DNA of 64,000 nt from Nitrospirota bacterium (GTDB lineage: Bacteria > Nitrospirota > UBA9217), in assembly GCA_963840455.1 (NCBI GenBank), contig CAWIYV010000011.1, forward strand, positions 800,001 to 864,000, written 5' to 3'. Shown here piece after piece: positions 1 through 9,143 of this stretch. The notes under the pieces are model-generated. The model saw only the letters and a program-made list of their open reading frames with translations, did no database searches and had not been told where the DNA came from. Position 1 is the stretch's first letter. Each line of letters opens with the position of its first letter. The translations under genes and the position numbers were made by a program.

Positions 1-1
1 C

Positions 2-577
2 ATGGGGACCCACGACACGCTCGGGTTCCTCGCATGGTCCATCGGGGTCGTGTATCTTCTCTTCGGATGGGAGCGGAAGCGCGACGCCTTCTCCTACTGG
101 ACAATACCGCTCGTCCTTCTTCTGCTTGCAGGTTCAGCGGTCTCGCCGGTCATGCGCGGCCCGCTGCCGCCCGTGCTGCGCACGATCTGGTTCGAGCTCC
201 ACGTCATCCTGTCCTTCATATCCTACGCGCTCTTTGCCGTCGGAGCGGTGTTCGGTGCGCTGTACCTGCGCGACGGGGACCGAGAGAATGAGACAGGCCA
301 GTACCGGAACCTCCTGCTCGGCTATGCGCTGTTCTCCATCGCCATGATCTTCGGCGGCATCTGGGCGCACCTCGCCTGGGGGACCTACTGGCTCTGGACA
401 CCCAAGGAGCTCTGGACCACGATCGTGTGGTTCTTCTACAGCCTGTACCTCCACGCCCGCCTGGTCAAAGGCTGGACCGGCAGGCCCGTGGCATGGATGG
501 GGATCGTCGGGTTCTTCATCGTCATGTTCACCTATGTCGGCGTGGGCCTATTGATGAAGAGTTCCCATGAGTTTTGA
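2..577 (+). CDS. ccsA: cytochrome c biogenesis protein CcsA/ResC (probably 5'-truncated by the window edge)
   Basis: WWD-domain motif GGIWAHLAWGTYWLWTPKELW, conserved His residues, multiple TM helices. Confidence 0.9.
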   Translation: MGTHDTLGFLAWSIGVVYLLFGWERKRDAFSYWTIPLVLLLLAGSAVSPVMRGPLPPVLRTIWFELHVILSFISYALFAVGAVFGALYLRDGDRENETGQYRNLLLGYALFSIAMIFGGIWAHLAWGTYWLWTPKELWTTIVWFFYSLYLHARLVKGWTGRPVAWMGIVGFFIVMFTYVGVGLLMKSSHEF

Positions 578-623
578 TGTTCGCTTGCAGGCCAACAAGC
601 TTGCAGGATTCTACGCTGTTACC

Positions 624-1340
624 ATGAAAAACTTCTTCCTCTCGCTCAAGACAACGGTCTGGACCCTGCTGGGGCTCATCTGCGTCTTCTTCCTCGGCTC
701 GTATCTGATGCCGGCGTACAAGGACGTTCATGGCGGCATGAACGACCGGCTGCTGTTCCAGTGGGTCGAACAAAACGCCCTGGACCATCCCTGGGCAACA
801 AGCTGGTTCTTCGCGTCCCTCGCCGGTCTCGTCCTGCTGACCATCAACACGGTCGTCTGCAGCGTCCAGGCGATCAAGGGAAAATGGTCCCGCGAGGATT
901 TCCTGCTCCGCATCGCGCCGCAGGTCGTGCACATCGGGTTCCTCTGCATCCTGCTGGCCCATCTTCTGGGCGCGGGATGGGGCTACCGCATCTCGGGCAT
1001 GCTGCCGGTCGAGGCGTACGCGAAGCTCCCGGACAACCGCAGCCTGTATCTCAATGACCTCCGCCCGTTGGTCGATGACCGCGGCAATCTCAGGGACTGG
1101 TCGGCCGTGATCGCGATCTACGAGAACGACCGGCGCGTCGCGACCGGCATCCTGGGCCCGAACGAGCCGCTCTTCTACAAGGGCATGGGCGTCTACCTGA
1201 AGAGCTTCGACCTCCGGGAACGGCCCGTCGCGTTCCTGATGGTGAACAAGGACCCGGGTGCGCTCTGGGCGCTTGGAGGGTCGGTCCTGTTCATGATCGG
1301 AACGATGATCATTCTTATTCTCAAGTGGAAAAAGGCATGA
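624..1340 (+). CDS. cytochrome c biogenesis protein, ResB/Ccs1-like
   Basis: N-terminal FFLSLKTTVW, WF..L..L..INT.VCS, third TM with His (VVHIGF), C-terminal NEPL.YKG and KDPG; adjacent to ccsA; ATG at 624 preferred. Confidence 0.8.
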   Translation: MKNFFLSLKTTVWTLLGLICVFFLGSYLMPAYKDVHGGMNDRLLFQWVEQNALDHPWATSWFFASLAGLVLLTINTVVCSVQAIKGKWSREDFLLRIAPQVVHIGFLCILLAHLLGAGWGYRISGMLPVEAYAKLPDNRSLYLNDLRPLVDDRGNLRDWSAVIAIYENDRRVATGILGPNEPLFYKGMGVYLKSFDLRERPVAFLMVNKDPGALWALGGSVLFMIGTMIILILKWKKA

Positions 1341-1429
1341 TACTCGCTCGTGAGATGCCGGGCCCGTCACCCTGTGCGCTCTCCCGGTTTTCCTCCGTGT
1401 CCTCAGTGTCTCCGTGGTAGGATGATGTC

Positions 1430-2470
1430 ATGATGAGTCGCATACTTGTCGCCATGAGCGGGGGGGTGGACAGCTCCTTCGCCGCCGCTCTCCTTCTGCA
1501 GCAGGGACATAAGGTCGAAGGCGTCACCATGAAGCTTTCCGCCGGCGTCTGCTGCGACATTGCCTCGGCCCAGGCAGTCTGCGCCCATCTCGGCATCGCT
1601 CACCGCATCATCGAAATGCAGCGGGAATTCGAGCGCAGTGTCGTACACAACTTCATCAGCGAATACCGCGCAGGCCGCACGCCCAACCCCTGCATTCGCT
1701 GCAACGACATCATCAAGTTCCAGGCTCTCCTGTCCCACGCCCGGGATAATGGTTTCGACTTCCTTGCCACAGGCCACTACGCCCGCATCGAACAGAACCC
1801 CGCGACGGGTCGATACCTGCTGAAGAAAGGAGCAGACCCCGGCAAGGACCAGAGCTACTTCCTCTACCGCCTGACCCAGGACCAGCTTGCGGATGTCCTC
1901 TTCCCGCTGGGAGCGATGCACAAGAAGGAGGTACGTGAACAGTCCCGGCTGCAGAGGCTTCCGGCTGCGGAGCGTCCCGAGAGCCAGGAGATCTGCTTCG
2001 TGCCGGACAACAATTACCGTGCGTTCCTCAGGGAGCATGCTCCCGATGTGCTCAGGCGCGGCGAGATCACGATGATCGACGGCACGGTCGTGGGCAAACA
2101 CAATGGCATCGCGTTCTTTACCGTTGGCCAGCGCAGGAAGCTGGGCGTTGCCGCTGGAGAGCGGCTCTATGTGACGCGGATCGAGCCCGAGACCGGTCGT
2201 GTTGTGCTCGGCCAGCGTCGGGACCTCGAAACGAGTTCTCTGCAGGTATCCGACACGATCTTCCTCCCCTTCGACCGCCTGGAGAAGCTTTTGGCGGTCG
2301 AGGTAAAGGTCCGCTCCCGCTCGACGCTCCAGGCTGCGACGATCCAGCCAGCGGACAGCGGCCGTATCGCTGTCGCCTTCGATCATCCCGTCACCGGCGT
2401 CACGCCCGGCCAAGCAGCGGTATTCTATGAAGGCGATATTGTCGTCGGCGGCGGCACGATTGAGCGTTAG
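1430..2470 (+). CDS. mnmA: tRNA 2-thiouridine(34) synthase
   Basis: AMSGGVDSS, GRTPNPCIRCN, ATGHYA, KDQSYFL, ESQEICF, TPGQAAVFY. Confidence 0.97.
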   Translation: MMSRILVAMSGGVDSSFAAALLLQQGHKVEGVTMKLSAGVCCDIASAQAVCAHLGIAHRIIEMQREFERSVVHNFISEYRAGRTPNPCIRCNDIIKFQALLSHARDNGFDFLATGHYARIEQNPATGRYLLKKGADPGKDQSYFLYRLTQDQLADVLFPLGAMHKKEVREQSRLQRLPAAERPESQEICFVPDNNYRAFLREHAPDVLRRGEITMIDGTVVGKHNGIAFFTVGQRRKLGVAAGERLYVTRIEPETGRVVLGQRRDLETSSLQVSDTIFLPFDRLEKLLAVEVKVRSRSTLQAATIQPADSGRIAVAFDHPVTGVTPGQAAVFYEGDIVVGGGTIER

Positions 2471-2526
2471 CCCCTGTCTCCTGTCCCCTATCCCCTGTTC
2501 CAACATCGCTCTTTTCCCTTGCCCGT

Positions 2527-2550
2527 CGTTATTCCCTATGATATATTACG
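2527..2550 (+). promoter_or_regulatory. putative ModE operator
   Basis: CGTTATTCC-CTATGA-TATATTACG fits the CGTTATATA-N6-TATATAACG-type ModE palindrome (right half 8/9, left half 6/9), 4 bp before the modE ATG. Confidence 0.5.
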
Positions 2551-2554
2551 CTCA

Positions 2555-2929
2555 ATGCCGAAAGCGCCCCATAGTCATCGCACGAACAAGAACCCCGAGC
2601 CCGGCTTTCGCGGCCGCGTCTGGATCGACGGTCCGGAAGGCACGTTCATCGGCTACGGCCGTGTCGTATTGCTTGAACGTATCATCGAGCATGGTTCCAT
2701 CACGAAGGCAGCGAAGTCGATGGAGATGGCCTACCGCCACGCCTGGGACCTCGTCGATTCCATGAACCGCCAGGCGAAGCGGCCGTTCGTCGAACTTGCC
2801 ACGGGCGGCAGAGGCGGCGGCGGCGCGCAGGTCACTGCGGCCGGCAGGAAAGCGATCAAGATCTTCCGGCAATTTCACAAGGACCTCGAGGCATTTTTAA
2901 AACGGGAAGAGAAAAAGCTCAAATGGTGA
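2555..2929 (+). CDS. modE: ModE-family molybdate/tungstate regulator (HTH-only form)
   Basis: G.GR..LL..I..HGSITKAAKSM.M.YR.AW......MN and GG.GGGGA motifs; upstream of tup genes. Confidence 0.88.
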   Translation: MPKAPHSHRTNKNPEPGFRGRVWIDGPEGTFIGYGRVVLLERIIEHGSITKAAKSMEMAYRHAWDLVDSMNRQAKRPFVELATGGRGGGGAQVTAAGRKAIKIFRQFHKDLEAFLKREEKKLKW

Positions 2930-2995
2930 ACGTACCCGATGCCGTCCCGGTTGCCGCCGCGAAGCCGGAACGGACCAAGCAATAGGAGGCCTTTC

Positions 2996-3856
2996 ATGGT
3001 GAAGCGTCACGGAATCACAATGTTGTTCTGTCTTGCGATATCGATGCTCATGCCCGCACTGCTCATTGCCGAACCTGTCCCCGCACAGCCGAAGAAGATC
3101 ATGCTCGCCAGCACCATCGGCCCCATCGACGCGGGCATCGTTGGAGCGCTCGAAGATGCGTTCCTGAAGAAGACCGGCATCGTGGTCGAGCACACTGGAG
3201 CTGGAACAGGCAAAGCAATCCAGATGGCCGAAACCGGGAAGTATGACCTCGTCCTCGTCCACGCTAAGGCCCTCGAGGAGAAATTCGTGGCCGACGGGTT
3301 CGGCACGAAGCGTTATGACCTCATGTACAACGATTTCGTGGTTCTCGGACCTGCAGCGGACCCGGCAAAGATTAAGGGCATGAAGGACGCGGCAGCTGCG
3401 CTCAAGGCGATCGCCCAGGCACAGGTGACCTTCGTCACGCGCGGCGACAAGTCAGGCACCCACGTGAAAGAGCTTGAGGTCTGGAAAAAAGCCGGCATCG
3501 AACCCCAGGGCGCATGGTACCAGGTCTTCGCCGAGGGAGCGAAGGGCAACGCTCCGACCCTTGCCTTCACCAATGAGAAGCAAGCATATACGGTCATGGA
3601 CCGCGCAACGTACATCACGATGAAGTCTAAGATCACTTTGCTGATTCTGGTCGAGCGGGACGATATCCTGCTCAACTACATCACGCTCATTCCAGTCAAC
3701 CCTGTGAAGTTCCCGCAGGTTCACTACGCTGAGGCAATGCAGTTCGTAGACTGGCTGCAGGGCAAGGACGCACAGACCATCATCCGCGACTTCGGGAAGG
3801 AAAAATATGGCGAGCCGCTGTTCTTCCCGAACTCGCCGGAAGGGAGGAAACTTTAG
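2996..3856 (+). CDS. tupA: tungstate ABC transporter substrate-binding protein, paralog 1 (divergent binding motif)
   Basis: Signal peptide; LASTIGPIDAG, GTGKA, MYNDFV, RGDKSGTH; RBS AGGAGG before ATG 2996. Confidence 0.85.
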   Translation: MVKRHGITMLFCLAISMLMPALLIAEPVPAQPKKIMLASTIGPIDAGIVGALEDAFLKKTGIVVEHTGAGTGKAIQMAETGKYDLVLVHAKALEEKFVADGFGTKRYDLMYNDFVVLGPAADPAKIKGMKDAAAALKAIAQAQVTFVTRGDKSGTHVKELEVWKKAGIEPQGAWYQVFAEGAKGNAPTLAFTNEKQAYTVMDRATYITMKSKITLLILVERDDILLNYITLIPVNPVKFPQVHYAEAMQFVDWLQGKDAQTIIRDFGKEKYGEPLFFPNSPEGRKL

Positions 3857-4441
3857 AGCGTATAGCAGGTTTTTTTTGGGCAGCCCGGGACTGGGGTGAA
3901 GTAGGTTCAAGAGCTTAGATTCTTGCAGTTCTAAGAGCCCCTGCGGTCCGCGAGCACTGACGGTGCATAGGCATGCGTCACGGAAGCTTGGCAGATCACC
4001 GTGTCGTTTCCAGCAAATGCGCCAGCGGAGGTGCTGAGGATAGGATGGAGCAGAACAAGAAACCACTGACAAACTGCATGCCTGCAGCGCAGTGCGAGCC
4101 GGGCCGCAGAAAAAACGATTCTTTTTTTAGGCATGGGGTGAAGCAGGGCTTAAGTCTTTACCCCGACCCCGCACGTCCCTGGAGCGGCCCTACGAAATTT
4201 CTGGGCACCCGTCTTGGCCTGAGGAAGCGTCCCGCAGGGCGAGCGCGCATGTCCGAGGCCGCAGGCCGAGCTTGCTCGGGCGAGCAGACGTGGCCTTAGA
4301 CGGGTCAGAAATACGTTCAGGCCGCGAAAGGGATGTGCAGCAAAGCTTGTTTGGGCTACCCGGGGTATTCGTAAAAGCTTCAGTCGTGCCTCTGCACCTA
4401 AAATGCCTAGACACTATATTTGTTCGAAGGAGGTTCTTCTT

Positions 4442-5251
4442 ATGAAACGGATCATGATCTTTGCTTTGGCGCTCACTCTGATAGGCACGGCCGCACTTGC
4501 CGAGACGCGGATCCGCATGGCATCAACGACAAGCACCCAGAATTCAGGATTATTCGACTATCTTCTGCCCCTTTTCGAAAAGAAAACAGGTATCAAGATC
4601 GACGTGGTTGCCGTCGGCACCGGCGCATCCATCGAGATCGGCAAGCGAGGCGATGCGGACGTGGTCTTCGTTCACGCGAAGGAGCAGGAGCTGCAAGCCG
4701 TGCAGGAAGGCTTCTTCGTGAACCGCCACGATGTGATGTATAACGATTTCGTGATCATCGGCCCGCCGAGCGATCCGGCGAAGATCAAGTGGCTTAGGAG
4801 CGCAACCGAGGCTTTCAAAGCCATCGCCGCAGCGGAGTCTACTTTCGTTTCCCGCGGAGACAAGTCGGGTACGAACACCAAGGAACTGTCGCTCTGGAAA
4901 AAAATAGGCATCGAACCTGCCGGTCAGAAATGGTACCTTGAGGTCGGCCAGGGCATGGAGAAGACCCAGCGCGTCGCCGATGAAAAGAAGGCTTACACAC
5001 TCACCGACCGTGGCACGTGGCTTGCCACGAAAGATAAAGACAAACTTGACCTGATCATCGTTCTCGAGGGCGACCCGGTCCTTTTCAACCAATATGGCGT
5101 CATGGCCGTCAATCCTGAAAAGCATAAACACGTAAAGTTCAAGGAAGCCATGCAATTCGTGGACTGGATCATTTCGAAGGACGGCCAGGCCGCTGTTGCG
5201 GCCTTCAAGGATAAGAACGGGAACCCATTGTTCATTCCGAACGCCAAGTAG
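4442..5251 (+). CDS. tupA: tungstate ABC transporter substrate-binding protein, paralog 2
   Basis: Canonical ASTTSTQNSGL motif, VGTG, MYNDFV, SRGDKSGT, YTLTDRGTW. Confidence 0.92.
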   Translation: MKRIMIFALALTLIGTAALAETRIRMASTTSTQNSGLFDYLLPLFEKKTGIKIDVVAVGTGASIEIGKRGDADVVFVHAKEQELQAVQEGFFVNRHDVMYNDFVIIGPPSDPAKIKWLRSATEAFKAIAAAESTFVSRGDKSGTNTKELSLWKKIGIEPAGQKWYLEVGQGMEKTQRVADEKKAYTLTDRGTWLATKDKDKLDLIIVLEGDPVLFNQYGVMAVNPEKHKHVKFKEAMQFVDWIISKDGQAAVAAFKDKNGNPLFIPNAK

Positions 5252-5334
5252 CATCATAAGGCTGGCACGGTCCGGATCAGACCAAGGCTCGATACCCCCA
5301 GTATCCCTCCATGATCCGTTCCGTGCCTTTTTCT

Positions 5335-6039
5335 ATGGAATCACTTCTGCAGGGATTCATCGAAGCCCTTAAGCTGATCTTCCATCTTGATCAGACGCTT
5401 TTCGGGATCATTGTTCTTTCCCTCAAGGTGTCTGGTTCTGCGCTGGTGATCTCGACCGCCATCGGACTGCCCGCCGGCGCCGTACTCGGCCTGAAACGCT
5501 TTCCCGGCCGCGACCTGGCCATCAGCGGCGTCAACACGCTCATGGGCCTTCCACCGGTCGTCGTCGGGCTCTTCGTCTATCTCCTCCTGTCGCGCAAGGG
5601 GCCGCTGGGATTCATGGGGCTGCTCTACTCGCCGACGGCCATGGTCGTCGCTCAGGCCATCCTTGCCTTGCCCATTGTGACCGCGCTCTGCCACTCGGCG
5701 ATCGTGCATGTCGACCCCATTATCCGGCAGGCCGCGCGGACACTGGGCGCGACACCCGGCCAGGAAACGCTCGCAGTCATCCACGAAGCACGGTACGGCA
5801 TTCTCTCGGCGGTCATCGCCGCCTTCGGCAGGGTCATGGCCGAGGTCGGGGCGATCCTGATCGTCGGCGGCAACATCGCCGGCTATACGCGGGTCATGAC
5901 CACAACGATCGCGCTCGAGACGGACAAGGGCAATTTCGAACTGGCACTCGCGCTCGGCATAATTCTGCTGACAATATCATTCATCATTAATGCTGCACTG
6001 CATGGAGTCCAGAAGAGAGGATCGGTCAAAACCTCGTGA
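5335..6039 (+). CDS. tupB: tungstate ABC transporter permease
   Basis: MGLPPVVVGL, GPLG, FGRVMAEVGA, GGNIAGYTRVMTTTIALET. Confidence 0.92.
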   Translation: MESLLQGFIEALKLIFHLDQTLFGIIVLSLKVSGSALVISTAIGLPAGAVLGLKRFPGRDLAISGVNTLMGLPPVVVGLFVYLLLSRKGPLGFMGLLYSPTAMVVAQAILALPIVTALCHSAIVHVDPIIRQAARTLGATPGQETLAVIHEARYGILSAVIAAFGRVMAEVGAILIVGGNIAGYTRVMTTTIALETDKGNFELALALGIILLTISFIINAALHGVQKRGSVKTS

Positions 6040-6689
6040 AGATGCTCATCACCCATATCCGGAAGGACTATGACGGCAGGGCCGTTCTGAAGGACTGCTC
6101 CTATGCCTTTGGCAGCAGCGGCGCCTACGTTCTCATGGGACCCAACGGATGCGGAAAGTCGACGCTCCTTCGGATCTGCTCCCTGCTCGAGCGGCCCGAT
6201 GGCGGAGACCTTCTGTTCCAGGACAATGGCGCGCCGCTGGTCCAGAACATCGCCCTCCGGCGGCGCATGACCCTGGTCCTGCCGCGGACCGGCGTGTTCA
6301 ATACAACGGTATTCAACAATGTGGCCTATGGTCTGACGATACGGAACATGCAGAAACATGCGATCGAAGACAATGTACAAAAGGCCCTTGCTTTCGTTGG
6401 CCTGGAACATAAGAAAAAGCAGAACGCCAGGACGCTTTCGAGCGGCGAGACCCAGCGGCTCGGCCTGGCACGCGCACTTGCCATAGGACCGGAGATCCTG
6501 TTCCTCGACGAGCCGACCGCCTCGGTGGACGAGGAGAACACCGCGATCATCGAGACCATCATCGCAAACCTGAAAAAGGACGGCCGTACCCTGGTCATCA
6601 TGACGACCCACGACCGGGATCAGGCTGAACGCTTGGCTGACCGCGTGCTGATCATCGAGCGCGGTTCCCTTCGCGAGACGGCGCGGTGA
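6036..6689 (+). CDS. tupC: tungstate ABC transporter ATPase
   Basis: Walker A GPNGCGKS, LSSGE signature, FLDEPT, H-loop; GTGA overlap with tupB. Confidence 0.9.
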   Translation: MKMLITHIRKDYDGRAVLKDCSYAFGSSGAYVLMGPNGCGKSTLLRICSLLERPDGGDLLFQDNGAPLVQNIALRRRMTLVLPRTGVFNTTVFNNVAYGLTIRNMQKHAIEDNVQKALAFVGLEHKKKQNARTLSSGETQRLGLARALAIGPEILFLDEPTASVDEENTAIIETIIANLKKDGRTLVIMTTHDRDQAERLADRVLIIERGSLRETAR

Positions 6690-6787
6690 TCTCCGGACCG
6701 GGTTGATCATCAGCATCGCGCCAATGCATTGGCGGGACAACCTGCAAAAAAGCACTCCTCTCCCCACAGTTATCCCACTCGGAAACA

Positions 6788-6873
6788 ATGACCGGAACCA
6801 GGCGGACCGCCTGGCTGACCGCGTGCAGATCATGAAGGAGGGAAGGATTGAGGAGACCGGCGAGGGGATTTAA
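6788..6873 (+). pseudogene. relic of an ABC ATPase C-terminus resembling the tupC tail
   Basis: Reads DRNQADRLADRVQIMKEGRIEETGEGI*, versus the tupC end DRDQAERLADRVLIIERGSLRETAR*. Confidence 0.6.
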
Positions 6874-7124
6874 AACAAGGTAGGTTTTAACAACTCATTT
6901 AACTCAAACCTGACCCGCAACCGCCCAAATATGAAGCAGCTTCGGGAGGGAATGTGGCGGGTGACAAGACCATTTGACGGTCAAAAACATGCAATATCAG
7001 GACGAAAGACCCGGCCGCAGCGCCGGAGGCAGAAGTCCCCGGCAGGGTTGGACACCGGGGACTTGCGTAATTGAAGAGCTCTGCTGTACGTTGAGTCAGG
7101 TTCTCGATCCGATCGCCTCTGATT

Positions 7125-7283
7125 TGCCCTGGGTTTTAAGACGAGAGGTACCATAAGCAGACAGAATGCCTTCATGCGTCATGCCGTGTACAAGCCCTCA
7201 CAGCATCAAAGAGGGTAGCCTGAAGCATCTGCTGGGGCATCGTACTGAGGAACCAACCTCGCATATACTCAAAACTCAAGGCA
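7125..7283. repeat. ~159-bp structured repeat with 16-bp terminal inverted repeats, copy 1
   Basis: TGCCCTGGGTTTTAAG...CTCAAAACTCAAGGCA; colinear with 11087-11244. Confidence 0.85.
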
Positions 7284-7402
7284 TAACTTTTCCCATCCTT
7301 TGCTAGTCCGTCACCGCGGTCCCCTTGTGTATTTATTCCGCGATCCGCAATACGAAATCCGCAATGATGTTATCTCTTGTCCCCTTGTCGGTTTTACCGT
7401 CC

Positions 7403-8260
7403 TCATTTCTGTCCCACTACCGCCCTGACTGCCGCTGCCAATGATGTCGTCGTCCTGCCGATGAGTTTGCTTAGTTGATGACCGTCGTCGAACAGCGCGC
7501 CCTTGGAAATGCCCGTGTCGGAATCGGCGAGTAATGCAGCGACCGGTTCCGGCAATCCGGCCTTCACAAGAGCGTTCTTATATTCGGCTTCCGACAGGTT
7601 CACGTATCCGATCTTTTTGCCCGACTGGCGCGAGATCTCAGCCGCCAGTTCTGCCCGTGTATAGGCGGTATCGCCGGCCAGTTCATAGACCCGTCCTGCC
7701 TGGTTTTCCGCGGCCATCACCACAGCCGCTGCTTCCGCGTAGTCGGCGCGTGCGGCCGAGGCAATGCGCCCCTCGCCCGCGCAACCATACACGGCGCCCT
7801 GCGCCAGTGCACCGGCTATGCCGGCCGTATAGTTCTCAGTGTACCAGCTGTTGCGCAACAGCGTAAAAGGAATGCCCGATGCGCGGATCATTGCCTCGGT
7901 CTCTTTATGTTCGGCTGCAAGACCGAGCGGCGAGGTATCGGCACGCAGGACGCTGGTATACGCCAGGAGTTTTACGCCTGCCCGTTTGGCTGCGTCGATG
8001 ACGGCACGATGCTGCTTCGCGCGCTGTCCGACCTCGCTGGAAGAGATCAGCAATACTTTCTCCGCGCCTTTCAAAACGGCGTTCCACGTCAAAGGCTGGT
8101 TGTAATCAGCGTAGCGCACTTGCACGCCCAGGGCCGCAATGTCCTTCGCCTTTTCTACATTTCGCACCGCAGCGACGATGCTTGATGCAGGCACTTTTTT
8201 AAGAAGGCCTGCGATGACCAAACGCCCCAAATGCCCGGTTGCTCCAGTAACAACGATCAT
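7403..8260 (-). CDS. qorB: NAD(P)H:quinone oxidoreductase, QorB/YtfG-like atypical SDR
   Basis: VTGATGHLG, LLISSSEVGQR..QH, LAYTS.L.AD.SPL.LA.EH, YELAGD. Confidence 0.88.
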   Translation of the reverse strand: MIVVTGATGHLGRLVIAGLLKKVPASSIVAAVRNVEKAKDIAALGVQVRYADYNQPLTWNAVLKGAEKVLLISSSEVGQRAKQHRAVIDAAKRAGVKLLAYTSVLRADTSPLGLAAEHKETEAMIRASGIPFTLLRNSWYTENYTAGIAGALAQGAVYGCAGEGRIASAARADYAEAAAVVMAAENQAGRVYELAGDTAYTRAELAAEISRQSGKKIGYVNLSEAEYKNALVKAGLPEPVAALLADSDTGISKGALFDDGHQLSKLIGRTTTSLAAAVRAVVGQK

Positions 8261-8301
8261 AGGAACTCCTTTCGAAAGAGAGAGTAATTATCCTCCCGTG
8301 C

Positions 8302-8490
8302 TTATTTCCCGGTGATAAAGAATCTCACTATTCTTCCTACAATGGTTATCCCCAGGACAATGCCTGTGACGATTGCGAGGATGACGGCAAAGAGAAGGGT
8401 CAGCTTGAAGACCAGAAAAAAGAGAGGCACGAATAGTACGCAGAGCAGTATCGTGAGGCAGCCGGTGGCAAAATCCATTGATTCCAGCAT
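8302..8490 (-). CDS. small membrane protein
   Basis: 62 aa, two hydrophobic helices, purine-rich RBS. Confidence 0.6.
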   Translation of the reverse strand: MLESMDFATGCLTILLCVLFVPLFFLVFKLTLLFAVILAIVTGIVLGITIVGRIVRFFITGK

Positions 8491-8765
8491 GATGGTGGTC
8501 CTTCCCGTCCCCCTTCCGGGAGTCTGTTATGAAGTATAACGGCAGTATGCTGGGGGAGGATATCTCAGCAAGCCCATCCCGGACAAACGTCCCCTTTATT
8601 GCATTGATGATCAGCAGAAAATAGAAAAGCCGGCACGATGTCCTGCCGGACTATTTTTGTCCAACCCCGAATGGCCGTCAGGGTTGAGAATGTCTCCCCG
8701 GAGCTTCTCCTCGCGAATCAGGATCCGAAGACCTTCGCTGTCGTCCCTGCGCAATTTCAGTCGGG

Positions 8766-8894
8766 CTATCTGCTTTTAATGTCAAACGGGCTCTTCTGCT
8801 GCTTGTCCTTCTGCTGCTGCACGTCATGCACATGCTTTATTTCTTTCTGCTTCTGGCTCTTTTCCTTGCCTTTCCTTCCGCCCTTGTCTCCCAT
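8766..8894 (-). CDS. 42-aa Lys/Gln-rich small protein (not in the ORF track)
   Basis: MGDKGGRKGKEKSQKQKEIKHVHDVQQQKDKQQKSPFDIKSR*, preceded by AAGGAGAGG. Confidence 0.6.
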   Translation of the reverse strand: MGDKGGRKGKEKSQKQKEIKHVHDVQQQKDKQQKSPFDIKSR

Positions 8895-9065
8895 TGTGCC
8901 TCTCCTTGTTCACCTGGATAGTGTGGATGTAATCATTATACCATGTTATTTTTCCCCGGTCGTTACCCAGGAAAGATTGGGAAGGAATGCTCGTGTGATA
9001 AAAGGGAGGGGTAACTGGGGGATTCTCATTCGCGGTAATTCTGGGTCACTAATCGCTCCGGGACA

Positions 9066-9101
9066 TTGAAGCTCCCTGCACCAAGCTGCAGAGAGCTTCA
9101 A
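9066..9101. repeat. IS200/IS605-end-like palindrome (family also at 14936-15059, 25932-25981, 32613-32662, 35866-35987)
   Basis: TTGAAGCTCCCTGCACCAAGCTGCAGAGAGCTTCAA; the other copies share a CCCTGCAGCAAGCTGCAGGG-like hairpin and TCGCTCCTGGATTCA. Confidence 0.7.
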
Positions 9102-9143
9102 AGGAGGCCTGACCCTACTAAGTCCTCTACCAACCTTGGAGTT

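Noticed and set aside
3857-4441. Moco/Tuco riboswitch upstream of the second tupA
   Set aside because: No convincing motif; much of the region is a dispersed repeat (4169-4295) also found at 35199-35329.
7125-7284. Selenoprotein reading (ATG CCT TGA...) on the minus strand of the 159-bp repeat
   Set aside because: The frame is not conserved between the two copies; the terminal inverted repeats explain the conservation.
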